Source of the DNA: Candidatus Moanibacter sp.
GTDB lineage: Bacteria; Verrucomicrobiota; Verrucomicrobiia; Opitutales; UBA2987
Assembly: GCA_965215885.1 (NCBI GenBank)
Contig: CBDCEW010000101.1
Coordinates: 1-64,000 of the forward strand
Direction: 5' to 3'
Length of the DNA stretch: 64,000 nucleotides
The notes under the pieces: generated by a model
What the model was told of the DNA's origin: nothing
Databases searched by the model: none
The model's input: the letters and a program-made list of their open reading frames with translations, nothing else
Part shown: positions 32,520 through 42,428 of the stretch, piece by piece
Numbering within the stretch: the first letter of the stretch is position 1
How the letters are laid out: each line of letters begins with the position of its first letter
Position numbers and translations under genes: made by a program

Positions 32520-32745
32520 AACATACCGTTTCGGCGTCATCACCGACGAAACATTCGCGAAAATCTTGAAAGGACTGCAGGTCGCCTGCGACCGGCTAGC
32601 TTCCGAGGGACTCACACTGGCCCTGGAGAACGCAAGATCCCTCTATGCGAATACGGGCGGAAACATGGCTCGCCTGCTCGATGCGGTACGTGCTCACGGT
32701 CGAAACCCATTGGCATCCCGACGGTTGGGACCGGGCAGATAACAC
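32520..32745 (+). pseudogene. Sugar-phosphate isomerase/epimerase fragment
   Basis: GVITDE joined to ...EGLTLALEN...NTGGNMARLLDAV. Confidence 0.55.
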
Positions 32746-32765
32746 CAGGGATACGTTTTCCAGCC

Positions 32766-33078
32766 TTAAGCGGATCGGGCAAATGTGAAAAGCCGCGGGA
32801 AACGGTGGGTTAATATGGTAGCATCCTCGGGCACGAAAATGCCCTCGGTGAGGGCTCTCTCCCGTTTGTTCCACTCCATCTCTCCCGGTAGGAAGATCGT
32901 TCCGCCTTCGGCTGCGGAGGCGCTCTTGATCTCTTTGCACATGGCGGTAATCCGGGCATGGAATTCCTCCAGAGGCATCATCGCGCCAACGTTGATGGCC
33001 AGAAAGGCATGACCCTGGTTCGAGGGTTCGTCCGTGTCCGCCACCCAGCTCTGCACGCTGCTCATCATCGCCGCACCA
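32766..33078 (-). pseudogene. Ldh_2 (malate/L-lactate dehydrogenase-like) C-terminal fragment
   Basis: NQGHAFLAIN...F..RI......IK......IFLPGEMEW..R..AL.EGI. Confidence 0.75.
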
Positions 33079-33169
33079 TCAATCTGTTTGCAGCGAACCA
33101 TTTCTCTATCAATTGTTGTCGTGGATAATCCATAGACCCTGAGCAATACACAGCCACAATCCTGAACGA

Positions 33170-33557
33170 ATGACACGGATCGTCCTCAGCACCCTGCTAA
33201 CCCTGATCTCCGCCCATTCACTAGCCGCGGATCAAGGGGAAACGATCCACCTTCGTCGGCAATCGAAACGGGGTCGACGACGAAGGCCCCGAAAGCGTCT
33301 ACTCACGCTGTATCTTCTGGGAAAACACCGCTCCCGGGGGTTGGCAATCGGGTCCGCGATATGAGACGGATATTAAGAACGGACAAGGGGTGTCCGACTG
33401 TTTCATCGGGGGCGTCGTCGTTGATGCGCGAGGCGATCTCAGCCCCGATAAGAACACTTTACATCCCAAGGATCCCCGTTTCGACGATTCGTATGATCCC
33501 CAGAACGAATCCTACCGAGAGGTGGGCTATCGAAGCGTTCCTGAACAAGCGAACTAA
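33170..33557 (+). pseudogene. Internally deleted duplicate of the beta-helix gene at 12604-13749
   Basis: Identical 5' part; 758 bp missing between the two AAACGATCCA copies (12674 and 13432) of the intact gene. Confidence 0.95.
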
Positions 33558-33813
33558 CTGAAACAGTCACGGGTGTGCTTACAGGGACAAGATTGCTGAA
33601 TAATCGGAGGGCTATTAGCCTCCGTATAAATATGAATCGAAAGCGAGAGACTCCACGGAACCGTTGCATAGCTGCGATGCCGGGATTGATGGGCTGTTGA
33701 GATTCCTTCCATTAAAAAACGACCGTTAATCGCCTTTAGATTATTCAGTGATCGCATCCTTCGTCAACGAATTCGAACGTCGTTTAGGCCGCGAAGTTCC
33801 CAGTCTGTGTTAA

Positions 33814-33987
33814 CCCACAGATTTCACAAGCCATCTGCTTCGAACGCGGAGGTCACGGCGCCTCAAGGACTTCCCTTGTCCGCCGACTTCGACGTGTTCC
33901 AACACGCCGTCACCCGACGGACTTTGGTAAGCCCTTGATCCGCCGCAACCTCCGCCGTCTCGCTACGAAGTGTGTGAAATATGCGGG
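33814..33987. mobile_element. 174-bp MITE, IS1380-like ends, TTAA target duplication
   Basis: Left end CCCACAGATTTCACA; right end TGTGAAATATGCGGG (13/15 inverse match); TTAA at 33810-33813 and 33988-33991. Confidence 0.75.
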
Positions 33988-34530
33988 TTAATGGTGCTGG
34001 ACCCCGGCAAGCCGGGGTTCAGCTCTGCCGTACGGCAGAGTAAATCATTGACAAGGGTAGCCGGATCGCTGCGCGATTCGCAGTTTTTCACCGAAATCAG
34101 GATTAATGTCTCTTTTACTGATTCTCTCCTTTCGTTGCCGGCAAGCAGCCCAGATATGTCGTTGGAATCGTTCGGTTGTGCACTTTGGGAAGAATCGAAG
34201 ATCAAGCGATGACGTAGCCGCGGCCGCTAAGGACGCGGACGATGGGATCGCAACACTGTTCCAATCCACCGCGTCCTTAGCGGCCACGGCTACAGAGGGC
34301 TTTCCTTCTGGAATCCTGCTGAGCATGACGCAGACCGCCGAGTTTTGCAGTGGATCGGAATAAATAAACGAAGCCGAATGATACTCTCCACTTCGTCCAT
34401 TAGCTTTTGATTCTGAGAGTTGTGCGTGTATGGGAAAATAGCGTCGATGTCGGTTGTTCAGTATAAATTACCTGTCCCTAATATCCTTCTGAGAATATAA
34501 TTGACTAGGAACAGAACTATAGTCATTTTA

Positions 34531-34758
34531 ATGGTTATGGTCATTTCCAAAACAAAACTAAAAGCAAAAATGCTTGCCGTTTTCCGGACTATAGAGCGAT
34601 CCGGGGAGGAAGTAATCGTGACGGACCACGGCAAGCCGACGCTCAAGATTTCCCGTCTTCCGAAGCGCGAGTCGGTGGAGACCGTATTCGCAAGACACCG
34701 CAACGGGGTCCGTTACAAGGAGGACATCATGTTGCCCACTACCGAGGAATGGCCATAG
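34531..34758 (+). CDS. Phd/YefM-family antitoxin
   Basis: SKTKLKAKML..FR.IE.SGEEVIVTDHGKP; directly upstream of a PIN toxin. Confidence 0.88.
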   Translation: MVMVISKTKLKAKMLAVFRTIERSGEEVIVTDHGKPTLKISRLPKRESVETVFARHRNGVRYKEDIMLPTTEEWP

Positions 34759-34787
34759 ACCTGAGGAATCTGTCGGACTGCTAGACC

Positions 34788-35177
34788 ATGATCGTATTCG
34801 ACACCCATGCCCTTCTTTGGTGGACGCTTGACCCGGAGAAGCTTTCGCCAAAAGCGAGATCTATCTGTGCCAGGATCGAAGACCAGGGATCTTACATGTC
34901 CTCCATATCAATTTGGGAGCTGGGCGTTAAAATACGTAATAAAAAATTGGATATCGGAATGAGCATCCGTGAATATGCCGAAAAAGTGCGACGTTTGGGG
35001 TGCGTTGAGACGATTCCGGTGGATGAATCGGTATGGATTCGAAACGTGGAGTTGGAGTGGGACCATCGGGATCCGGCTGACAGAACGATCGTCGCCACCG
35101 CTTTGATTCTTAGTCTCCCCCTCTTATCCAAAGACGATGCCATTCGATCGTACCATGGAATTGAGTCCATCTGGTAA
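34788..35177 (+). CDS. vapC: VapC/PIN toxin
   Basis: DTHALLWW, SSISIWE, HRDPADR.IVATA, SKD..I. Confidence 0.92.
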   Translation: MIVFDTHALLWWTLDPEKLSPKARSICARIEDQGSYMSSISIWELGVKIRNKKLDIGMSIREYAEKVRRLGCVETIPVDESVWIRNVELEWDHRDPADRTIVATALILSLPLLSKDDAIRSYHGIESIW

Positions 35178-35385
35178 GAACCTTGGGAAGTTCAAGATTC
35201 TTGCGAAAACCTTGCTATCCGGTAAGCCCCTGGACCCAATCCATCGGGACCACAGACTGTTGAGGAACCTTGCTGGACGACGTGACTGCCATATTGAATC
35301 CGATTGGATATTGATTTACAGAATCGACGGAGATCGACTTGTGTTCGAGCGGATGGGAATGCGTTCGGATCTGTTCAAGAAATGA
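35170..35385 (+). pseudogene. yafQ: YafQ-family toxin, N-terminally truncated
   Basis: RDH.L...RDCHIE.DWILIY; the usual GTHSDLF reads GMRSDLF; no own start and no antitoxin. Confidence 0.8.
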
Positions 35386-35440
35386 CAGGGCACAGATTGA
35401 GACAAATCCGTGGTTTTCTCGTGGAAGAGGCTGGTATTCA

Positions 35441-37231
35441 ATGAAGTTCAGTCGACTCGTCGCAGCGTCGCTCCTCCAGGCCTTTCTGTGGTCCCCCTTC
35501 TGTCATGCATCAGAAGATGAAGTGTTGACGAAACCGGACGACGCGATGCATGAGCGCCTGCCGGCCGTGCCGGATACCGGCGACGGGCCGCAAGCGCTGG
35601 CCGACGCGATTCGCGACGCGCACGAGCGAGCGCAGAGCGATGCCGGGCAGGAGGCGATGGATGGCTTGTGGGACCTGGCGACACTCTATCACGCAAACGA
35701 CTTCGTTCAGGAGGCGGAGATCTGCTACCGGCTCCTGAGGGAAGCACAGCTGGATGAACCGCGATGGATTTACCTTCTAGCCGATCTTCGCCTGCGGTCG
35801 GGCGATGCGGAAGGAGCGGAGAAGCTGTTGGAGGAAGTTGTCACTCTGCGAGCCTCCTACTATTGGCTTTGGCTGAAACTTGGCGCAGTCCGCCACCGCC
35901 TAGGTAAGTTGGAGTCGGCGCAGCAAGCCTACCTGCGTTGCCTGGAGTTTGAAGCGAACAATCCCCACGCCCTGCTTGAATTTGCGCGGGAGCATCTTCG
36001 CCATGAAAGGTGGGAGGAATCGCAGGCAGTTGTGACGCAGTTGCTGGAACACAACTCGGAGTTTTCACCGGGATACCTCCTGGCGGCGAAACTTTTCGAA
36101 AATCTCGGCAAGAACGGGGAGGCGGAGGTTGCTCGCGCCCGGGCCGAGGAGTTCGGGCATGTCCCGGAACCGCCTGACCCGTGGTTGGATTCCGTTGCTC
36201 GCCGAACCTACGAGATGGATCGCCTGATAGAGTTGGCACGAACCAAGGTGGAAACCGGCCGGATGTCGGAGGCTTTGCGCATCCTCGCAGGCGCAGAGGA
36301 GATTTTCGGGGAAAATGAAGCGATCCATCGAACACGCGGTTTGGCCTATGCGGAATTGGGAAATAACAGGGAGGCGATAAAAGCTTATACAGCAGCTCTG
36401 CACATGGGGGGAGAGGCGGTTGCGATCTATACGGAGTTGGTCCGCTTGTACAAGAGATTGAACGATTTCGATTTTGCCATCGCGATGGCGCAGCAGGGGT
36501 TGAAGCGAGATCCCAATGCGGTCGAGTTACTCACGCTGTTGGGTGAGCTTCAACATGAGCGAGGGGAGCGGGAAATGGCGGAGACCCATTGGCGCAAGGC
36601 GAAAAGTATCGATCCCGAGTATGTGCCCGCGATCCGGAATCTGGCTGAGACGCTCTTCGAGCAGGATCAAAAATCCGAAGCGATCGAACTGTTCGAAAAA
36701 GTGCGGGAGCATTCGCGGTTGGACTCTCATTCACGCGCGATTCTGGGGCAGTACTATCTGGAAAACGAAAACTTTGTCAGATCCGTGGAGCCCCTGCGGG
36801 AAGCTCTGGAGTTGCATCCGGCTGATCCGAATCTGACGGAGCTCCTGGAGGCCGCCTTTCAGAATCATGGAAATCGCCTGGCTGGAGCCGGTAGTCACAC
36901 CGAAGCGGTTGAAGCGTACCGGGAGGCGTTGGCACTGAATGCCGATGCGGTCGAGCTCTATGGCTACATTGCTCTCGTTTACGGACGCATGGGCAATTGG
37001 ACCGCGGCGGCCGAGAATTTTTCCCGGTATCTGGAACTTCGCCCGGGTGACCTGTCCGCCCGGTTGAATCTCGGTGATATCCTCTGGAGGAAGGAGGATT
37101 ATGCGGGTGCCCGGGAGCAGTGGGAATTAGCCCGGGAACTCGCCCTCAAGATCGAGAGCACGGAGCGATTTTTGGAGGCTGTTGAGAGGCGCCTGGAAGT
37201 GGAAATTCCGGAGCGGGAGGAGGAGCCCTGA
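35441..37231 (+). CDS. Exported tetratricopeptide-repeat protein (paralog 1 of 3)
   Basis: Signal peptide; many TPR-like helices; LYHAN and PPDPW motifs shared with 58699-60498 and 61310-63115. Confidence 0.88.
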   Translation: MKFSRLVAASLLQAFLWSPFCHASEDEVLTKPDDAMHERLPAVPDTGDGPQALADAIRDAHERAQSDAGQEAMDGLWDLATLYHANDFVQEAEICYRLLREAQLDEPRWIYLLADLRLRSGDAEGAEKLLEEVVTLRASYYWLWLKLGAVRHRLGKLESAQQAYLRCLEFEANNPHALLEFAREHLRHERWEESQAVVTQLLEHNSEFSPGYLLAAKLFENLGKNGEAEVARARAEEFGHVPEPPDPWLDSVARRTYEMDRLIELARTKVETGRMSEALRILAGAEEIFGENEAIHRTRGLAYAELGNNREAIKAYTAALHMGGEAVAIYTELVRLYKRLNDFDFAIAMAQQGLKRDPNAVELLTLLGELQHERGEREMAETHWRKAKSIDPEYVPAIRNLAETLFEQDQKSEAIELFEKVREHSRLDSHSRAILGQYYLENENFVRSVEPLREALELHPADPNLTELLEAAFQNHGNRLAGAGSHTEAVEAYREALALNADAVELYGYIALVYGRMGNWTAAAENFSRYLELRPGDLSARLNLGDILWRKEDYAGAREQWELARELALKIESTERFLEAVERRLEVEIPEREEEP

Positions 37232-37463
37232 GAAAGGGAAAGAAGAGATTGGTAGAAGAGGGAGAATGCCTGGATTGCTTCGTCATTCTTCCTCGCAATG
37301 ACAGGCTTTAGATAGCGTGCATAAGGGAGAAATATGGGATGGTGGGAGAGAAAATGTAAGAGGAGGCGCGGGGATGGGGATTCCGAATTTCACGACCGGG
37401 GTCCATGCAATATTCTCTTCGTCGTAAGTCCCGCTGAGCAGGATCGCGAGCTTTGTCGTCAAC

Positions 37464-38099
37464 TCAGTCACCGCTTTCGGTCGCAAACTGCGTCTCCACC
37501 ATATAGGCGGGATAGGACGCCAGATCGAATGAGATTTCCCGCGGCCGGCGAGGTGTCCTTGCCAGGGTTTGAACCCGTTGAAGAGTCGGAAGATTCATGT
37601 CGAGTCGGATCGCTCGATCGACACCCGTTTGCGCAACGAACTGATGGACGGACCGCAGACTCCCCGCTTTGCCGGCTTTGACTTCGATGGGAACTATGTG
37701 CCCTTTTGGGGAAATCACGAAGTCGACTTCGGCATTGGTAGACCTTCCCTATCGAAGCCAGTAGTCTACTTCTGGATACTCCAGGCCTTGATGGCGATAG
37801 GCGAGGTGCTGGGCCACGAACTGCTCGCTTATATTTCTCCGATTGATCAGCAATGCATCGCTTTCAGTCAGATCTTCCCATTGGGTGCCCGATAAGTAGA
37901 GCGCCAGACCTACGTCCACGAAGAAAAGCTTGAACGCTTTCTCGTTTCTCCCTGCTTTCAAGGGAAGCCCGGAACAACTGGTGTGGTAGACGGGAAGCGC
38001 AACCCTCGCATCAATCAAAGCCTTGATCACTCGATTGAGGACTTTCGCTGATTCCTCTCGGGAGATATTAACGTATTTCAGTTTCTCGCCCAAGTGCAT
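37464..38099 (-). pseudogene. AAA ATPase/DUF4143 C-terminal half with an in-frame stop
   Basis: FKLFFVDVGL, EQFVAQHL, YWLR*GRSTNAEVDF, PIEVKAG; TAG at 37749-37751. Confidence 0.88.
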
Positions 38100-38480
38100 T
38101 GGTAATTGACCTCACTTTTATGTCGGATCAGTTATTTTTAACCCCTTTTATATTTTATTCGAGAAGACTTTTCGAAATACAGAGCGAAGGCTCGGTTAGA
38201 GTCGAAACGAGATGGGGGGCCGCGGGATGCGGGATCCGAGATGCGTGAGCCGGTATGCCGTATACGGTGAGTGGGAGACCCGGTTTCGCGGTGATTGGGA
38301 GACGCGGAGCGGGCAAGAGCGGGGCCGCTACCCTTCGTCACGAACCTCATCGCAAACTTTGTCGTGAGCTTTATCGCGAACTTTGTCGATTCCTTGATGA
38401 AGGTCGTGCGGGTTCGCTGGAATCCCTGATGGCGCGTATAATTTGCAGTGCGCCGGAAAAGTGCCACACTTGGCAGTAAA

Positions 38481-38831
38481 ATGGAAACGGTTAGAATTGG
38501 TATCATCGGCGCGGGCGGAATGGGGAGGCACCATTCCCGCACTTTGTTGAGTGGGAAACTGGACAATATGGAATTGCGGGCTATTTGTGACGTCGACGAA
38601 GCCCGTCTCGCTCAGTTTCCGGATCAGATTGGATTCACCGATTCCGGTGTGCCTCTCATCGCCCCGGCTTCGGAGGGTATAAGGTCGGTCGAACTGACGA
38701 ATGCCATGCTTTTTTCCTCCCTCAATGAGGTCACGGTGGAGCTTCCCCTGGACGGCGCCGAATTCGAGGCTCTGTTGCAACGATTAGTCCGCGAATCTAC
38801 GGCAAGAAAAGTGGCGAACGAATCGGCCTGA
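38481..38831 (+). pseudogene. Gfo/Idh/MocA oxidoreductase with a large in-frame internal deletion
   Basis: GIIGAGGMG...AICDVD N-terminus joined to PLIAPASEGIRSVELTNAM..SS C-terminus; EKP motif absent. Confidence 0.8.
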
Positions 38832-38954
38832 ACGCGTCCTGGATGGTACTGGCCAGTTGCCACCCAGGCAGGCAAGGAATTTTCCTCTAGAATTTTCGCG
38901 ATTATCCGGCGTATCGTTCTCCGAGTCACGTAATAGGCTGCGTTCGAAAGAGAA

Positions 38955-39118
38955 GAAAAATCGACTTTAGATCACGATTGAGAGTCACGATGGGAAAGGG
39001 GCACTCTGATCAATCTTCTGTCGTACATCATAATCGTAATCCAGAGTCGAAAGAAGATAAGATCGACGGGAGATCACGACTAAGAGTCACGATGGAAGAA
39101 AGGATCCCGCTCAATCTA
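38955..39118 (-). repeat. About 1.5 units of the ~102-bp hairpin repeat, opposite orientation to the 17.8-kb array
   Basis: AGATCACGATTGAGAGTCACGATGGGA...ATAATCGTAATC...AAGATCGACGGGAGATCACGAC matches the reverse complement of the array unit. Confidence 0.85.
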
Positions 39119-39267
39119 ATGTCGTTTTGCGCCTTTATTTTTCTGCAGTTTGCCCTCTTTTTGCCCTGATTTGCTAAAAAAATAGCTACATTTTGCATTG
39201 ATATTTATGAAGATTTGGAAATGTTTGCCTTGCCTTTTCGTAATCCACCCGCCTTTTGATCTCTGAA

Positions 39268-40587
39268 ATGATTCATCGCAGGACGAATGAGCATCTTCAG
39301 ATGTGGAAAACAGCACCACGTCGTAAGCCGCTTTTGCTTCGTGGCGCTCGGCAGGTTGGCAAGACGTATACGATCAGGCAGTTCGGCGAAAGTTACCCTC
39401 GCGTGCTTGAGGCTAATTTCGAAGAGGCGAGGGATATCCACCAGTTCTTCGAGGGAAGTCTCGATCCCAAACCGATTTGCGAAAAGCTTTCGAATTATTT
39501 CGGAGTTAAGATAGCGCCTGGCGAAACGCTCGTTTTCTTTGACGAGATCCAGGCATGTCCCAGAGCCTTGAGTGCATTGAGATTCTTTCATGAAAAAATG
39601 CCGACTGTGCATGTGATCGCGGCTGGTTCCCTTCTGGAATTCGCGTTAAAGGAGATTCCGTCCCAAGGCGTGGGTCGTCTCTCCTCGCTCTACATGTATC
39701 CGGTGACTTTCGAGGAATTCCTATTGGCGATCGGAGAGAATGGTTGCCGGGAGATGCTGCAAGAAGCGTCTCCGGAGAAGCCGCTCGAGATGGCGTTTCA
39801 CCGGCGTCTGATCGATGCCCTGAAGGTTTACTTGACGATTGGAGGGATGCCTGACGTGGTACAGACCTATTGCGATTCACGGGATTTGCGAGAATGCCAG
39901 GAAGTCTTGAGCGACTTGCTCGTTACGCTTCGAGACGACTTTTCGAAATACAAAGCGAAGGCTCCGACGCTTCTGCTTAACGAAGTCCTTCAATCGATAT
40001 GTTATCAGGCCGGAGCAAAGTTCAAATATTCCTCGGTTGATCGAGCACTTGCTTCGAAAACCATTAAGGATTCGGTTGAACTGCTGGTACTCGCCGGACT
40101 TGCGCGAAAAGTTTATCACAGCGATGCTCGAGGGCTCCCGCTAGGCGCCCAAGTTAATCCGAATCGGTTCAAGGCAATGATAATGGATGTGGGGCTGCAT
40201 CAGCGTATTCTTGGCACAGATATATCCGAAATGTTGACAGCGAGAGGGCTCGAGGTGGTGAATAAGGGATCGGTAGCGGAAGTATTCGTTGGGCAGGAAT
40301 ATGTAGCAGCGCAGTCAAGCCGCGAACCTGCCAGCTTATACTACTGGCACAGGGAGGCTCGTAGCAGCAATGCTGAAGTCGATTACGTGGCAGTGCGCGA
40401 CGGGCAGGTTGTTCCTGTCGAAGTGAAATCCGGAGGAAGCGGCAGTATGCAGAGCATTCGGTTGTTCATGAGGGAGCGTAACCTGTCGAAAGGAGTACGC
40501 GTATCGCTTGAAAACTTTGGAGTGTTGCAGGAACTCGATATCGTACCGTTGTACGCTATCGGCCTTTACTTGCAGGGCAAAGGGTAG
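39268..40587 (+). CDS. AAA_14 ATPase with DUF4143 (PD-(D/E)XK-like) C-terminal domain
   Basis: GARQVGKT, FFDEIQ, AAGSLL, GGMP, AEVDY, PVEVKSG. Confidence 0.92.
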   Translation: MIHRRTNEHLQMWKTAPRRKPLLLRGARQVGKTYTIRQFGESYPRVLEANFEEARDIHQFFEGSLDPKPICEKLSNYFGVKIAPGETLVFFDEIQACPRALSALRFFHEKMPTVHVIAAGSLLEFALKEIPSQGVGRLSSLYMYPVTFEEFLLAIGENGCREMLQEASPEKPLEMAFHRRLIDALKVYLTIGGMPDVVQTYCDSRDLRECQEVLSDLLVTLRDDFSKYKAKAPTLLLNEVLQSICYQAGAKFKYSSVDRALASKTIKDSVELLVLAGLARKVYHSDARGLPLGAQVNPNRFKAMIMDVGLHQRILGTDISEMLTARGLEVVNKGSVAEVFVGQEYVAAQSSREPASLYYWHREARSSNAEVDYVAVRDGQVVPVEVKSGGSGSMQSIRLFMRERNLSKGVRVSLENFGVLQELDIVPLYAIGLYLQGKG

Positions 40588-40737
40588 GGCATGTCCGGAA
40601 TCTTCTCGCCCCTTAATCGAATCTTCGTAGTAAGCTTAGTCGAGAGAGGAGAGACCGTATACACAAGAAACTGGTTGCCAACACCACATTCGCACTTTCA
40701 CTTTTGGAATGAGCAGAGCGAAAGGAAAGGAAGCATC

Positions 40738-41634
40738 ATGATACCCGTAGTCGATACTCATCAACACCTCTGGGACCTTGAGCAGTTTGACCTGCCTTGG
40801 CTGGACGACGAAGAATATGGGGTGCTGAGGCGAAACTTCCTGATGAACGACTACCTCGAAGCCTCCCTCGAGACAGGTGTAACGCAAACGATCTACATGG
40901 AAGTCGATGTCGAACCCTCCCAGCGGGAAGCGGAAGCTGAGTTTGTCATCGCCCTGGTCCGACGCGATGACAATCCGATGGCGGGTGCCGTGATCGGGGG
41001 TCGTCCGGAAGCGGAGGGATTTGCTGACTACGCGGCACGGTTCAGGGATGTTCCCGAAGTAAAGGGGTTTCGAGACGTAATCTTTCTGCCACGCACGGAG
41101 AAAGGGCATTGCCTGAAACCTGAATTTGTGAGGGGTGTCCGCGCTCTGGCGGACCTGGGCAAGAGCTTCGACTTATGCATGCGACCCTACGAACTTGCAG
41201 ATGCGGTCGAACTCGCCGACCTGTGTCCGGACACTCTTTTCATCGTCGATCATTGCGGCAACGCGGATCCCATGATTGTCAACGGCTCCACTTCAGGCGA
41301 CCCGGAGGGGCTTTTATTCCACGATGCTGAACGGTGGCGGAGAGATATGGACGCCTTGGGCGCGCGGAAGAACGTGGTGTGCAAGATATCCGGGATCGTC
41401 GCCCGAGCGCCGGCGGGGTGGACGGCGGAAACCCTGGCACCGACCGTTGAGCATTGCCTTGAATCTTTCGGGCCGGATCGCGTCGTGTTTGGCGGCGACT
41501 GGCCGGTGTGCACTTACAGGGCGCCCCTCAGCGAATGGATCAAGTCGCTGCGTGAGATCGTGTCCTCACGCCCGGAAGTCGAGCAAGCGATGCTTTTTCA
41601 TGTCAATGCCGAGCGCCTCTACAAGCTCGTGTAA
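40738..41634 (+). CDS. Amidohydrolase family 2 (sugar lactonase-like)
   Basis: DTHQHLWD, VDHCG, CKISG, FGPDRVVFGGDWPV, NA.RLY. Confidence 0.92.
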   Translation: MIPVVDTHQHLWDLEQFDLPWLDDEEYGVLRRNFLMNDYLEASLETGVTQTIYMEVDVEPSQREAEAEFVIALVRRDDNPMAGAVIGGRPEAEGFADYAARFRDVPEVKGFRDVIFLPRTEKGHCLKPEFVRGVRALADLGKSFDLCMRPYELADAVELADLCPDTLFIVDHCGNADPMIVNGSTSGDPEGLLFHDAERWRRDMDALGARKNVVCKISGIVARAPAGWTAETLAPTVEHCLESFGPDRVVFGGDWPVCTYRAPLSEWIKSLREIVSSRPEVEQAMLFHVNAERLYKLV

Positions 41635-41834
41635 TCAATTTAGCAGAGCTGCAACCAATCGACAAGGTTCGGGACAAGGTTCGCGACGAGGTTTGCTTCG
41701 CTTAGTTCTAAGTGGGCCTGCAGTGAGTCTGTCGAATCCGCTGATCGGCAAGTCATTCTTGGTCAGCTTGTTACAGTCTGAGTTAGAAAAAACGTGCTTA
41801 AGAAACAAGAATGTGAAAGATTGTAGTTCAATTC

Positions 41835-42428
41835 GTGAGAATTTTGTTTCTTTTTGTTCTAGTTGCGGTAGTCGCCGGGGATATCCGCGGCGAGATGGGC
41901 GGCGAGGATCGGCCGACCGCGCTCCGCAAACCGTTAGTGGTCGATATCACCGGCGCGGAGTACGAGTGGCATATGCGTTATCCGGGGTCTGATGGGAAGC
42001 TGAATACCGGTGATGATGGGCTCGACAAGCGGCACTTACACCTTCCGGCCCACACCGAGGTGAAACTTCAATTACACAGCGAGGATTATCTTTACTCCTT
42101 CGCCCTGCCTCACCTCGACCTCAAGGAAATCGCGATTCCCGATCTGGAGTTTTCGCTCAGCTTTACGACTGGCCCGGAGGGAACCTTCGACCTCCTCGGA
42201 GACCAGTTATGCGGCTATGCTCACCCCAAGCTGATGGGAAAGCTGATCATCCTCTCGCCGAGCGACTTCGCCGAGCGGATGAACCACCTGAGCAACCCCC
42301 CGTCGCATGGCCTCAAAAGAGATTTAACCACGGATCACTTGGCGCAGCAGAGCCGCAATCCCGCTAAGCGGGAAAATGGGTCAGTCCCGGCAGGCCGGGA
42401 AATGAAGGGCAACGAATGGAGACTGTGA
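41835..42428 (+). CDS. Exported cytochrome c oxidase subunit II-like cupredoxin domain protein
   Basis: Signal peptide; EYEW.MRYPG.DG, LHLP, L.SEDYLYSF, DQLCGYAH. Confidence 0.8.
   Translation: MRILFLFVLVAVVAGDIRGEMGGEDRPTALRKPLVVDITGAEYEWHMRYPGSDGKLNTGDDGLDKRHLHLPAHTEVKLQLHSEDYLYSFALPHLDLKEIAIPDLEFSLSFTTGPEGTFDLLGDQLCGYAHPKLMGKLIILSPSDFAERMNHLSNPPSHGLKRDLTTDHLAQQSRNPAKRENGSVPAGREMKGNEWRL

Noticed and set aside
13610..33560. Diversity-generating retroelement TR/VR pair (diverged 3' ends of the beta-helix gene copies)
   Set aside because: Differences involve all four bases rather than adenines only, and no reverse transcriptase is present.
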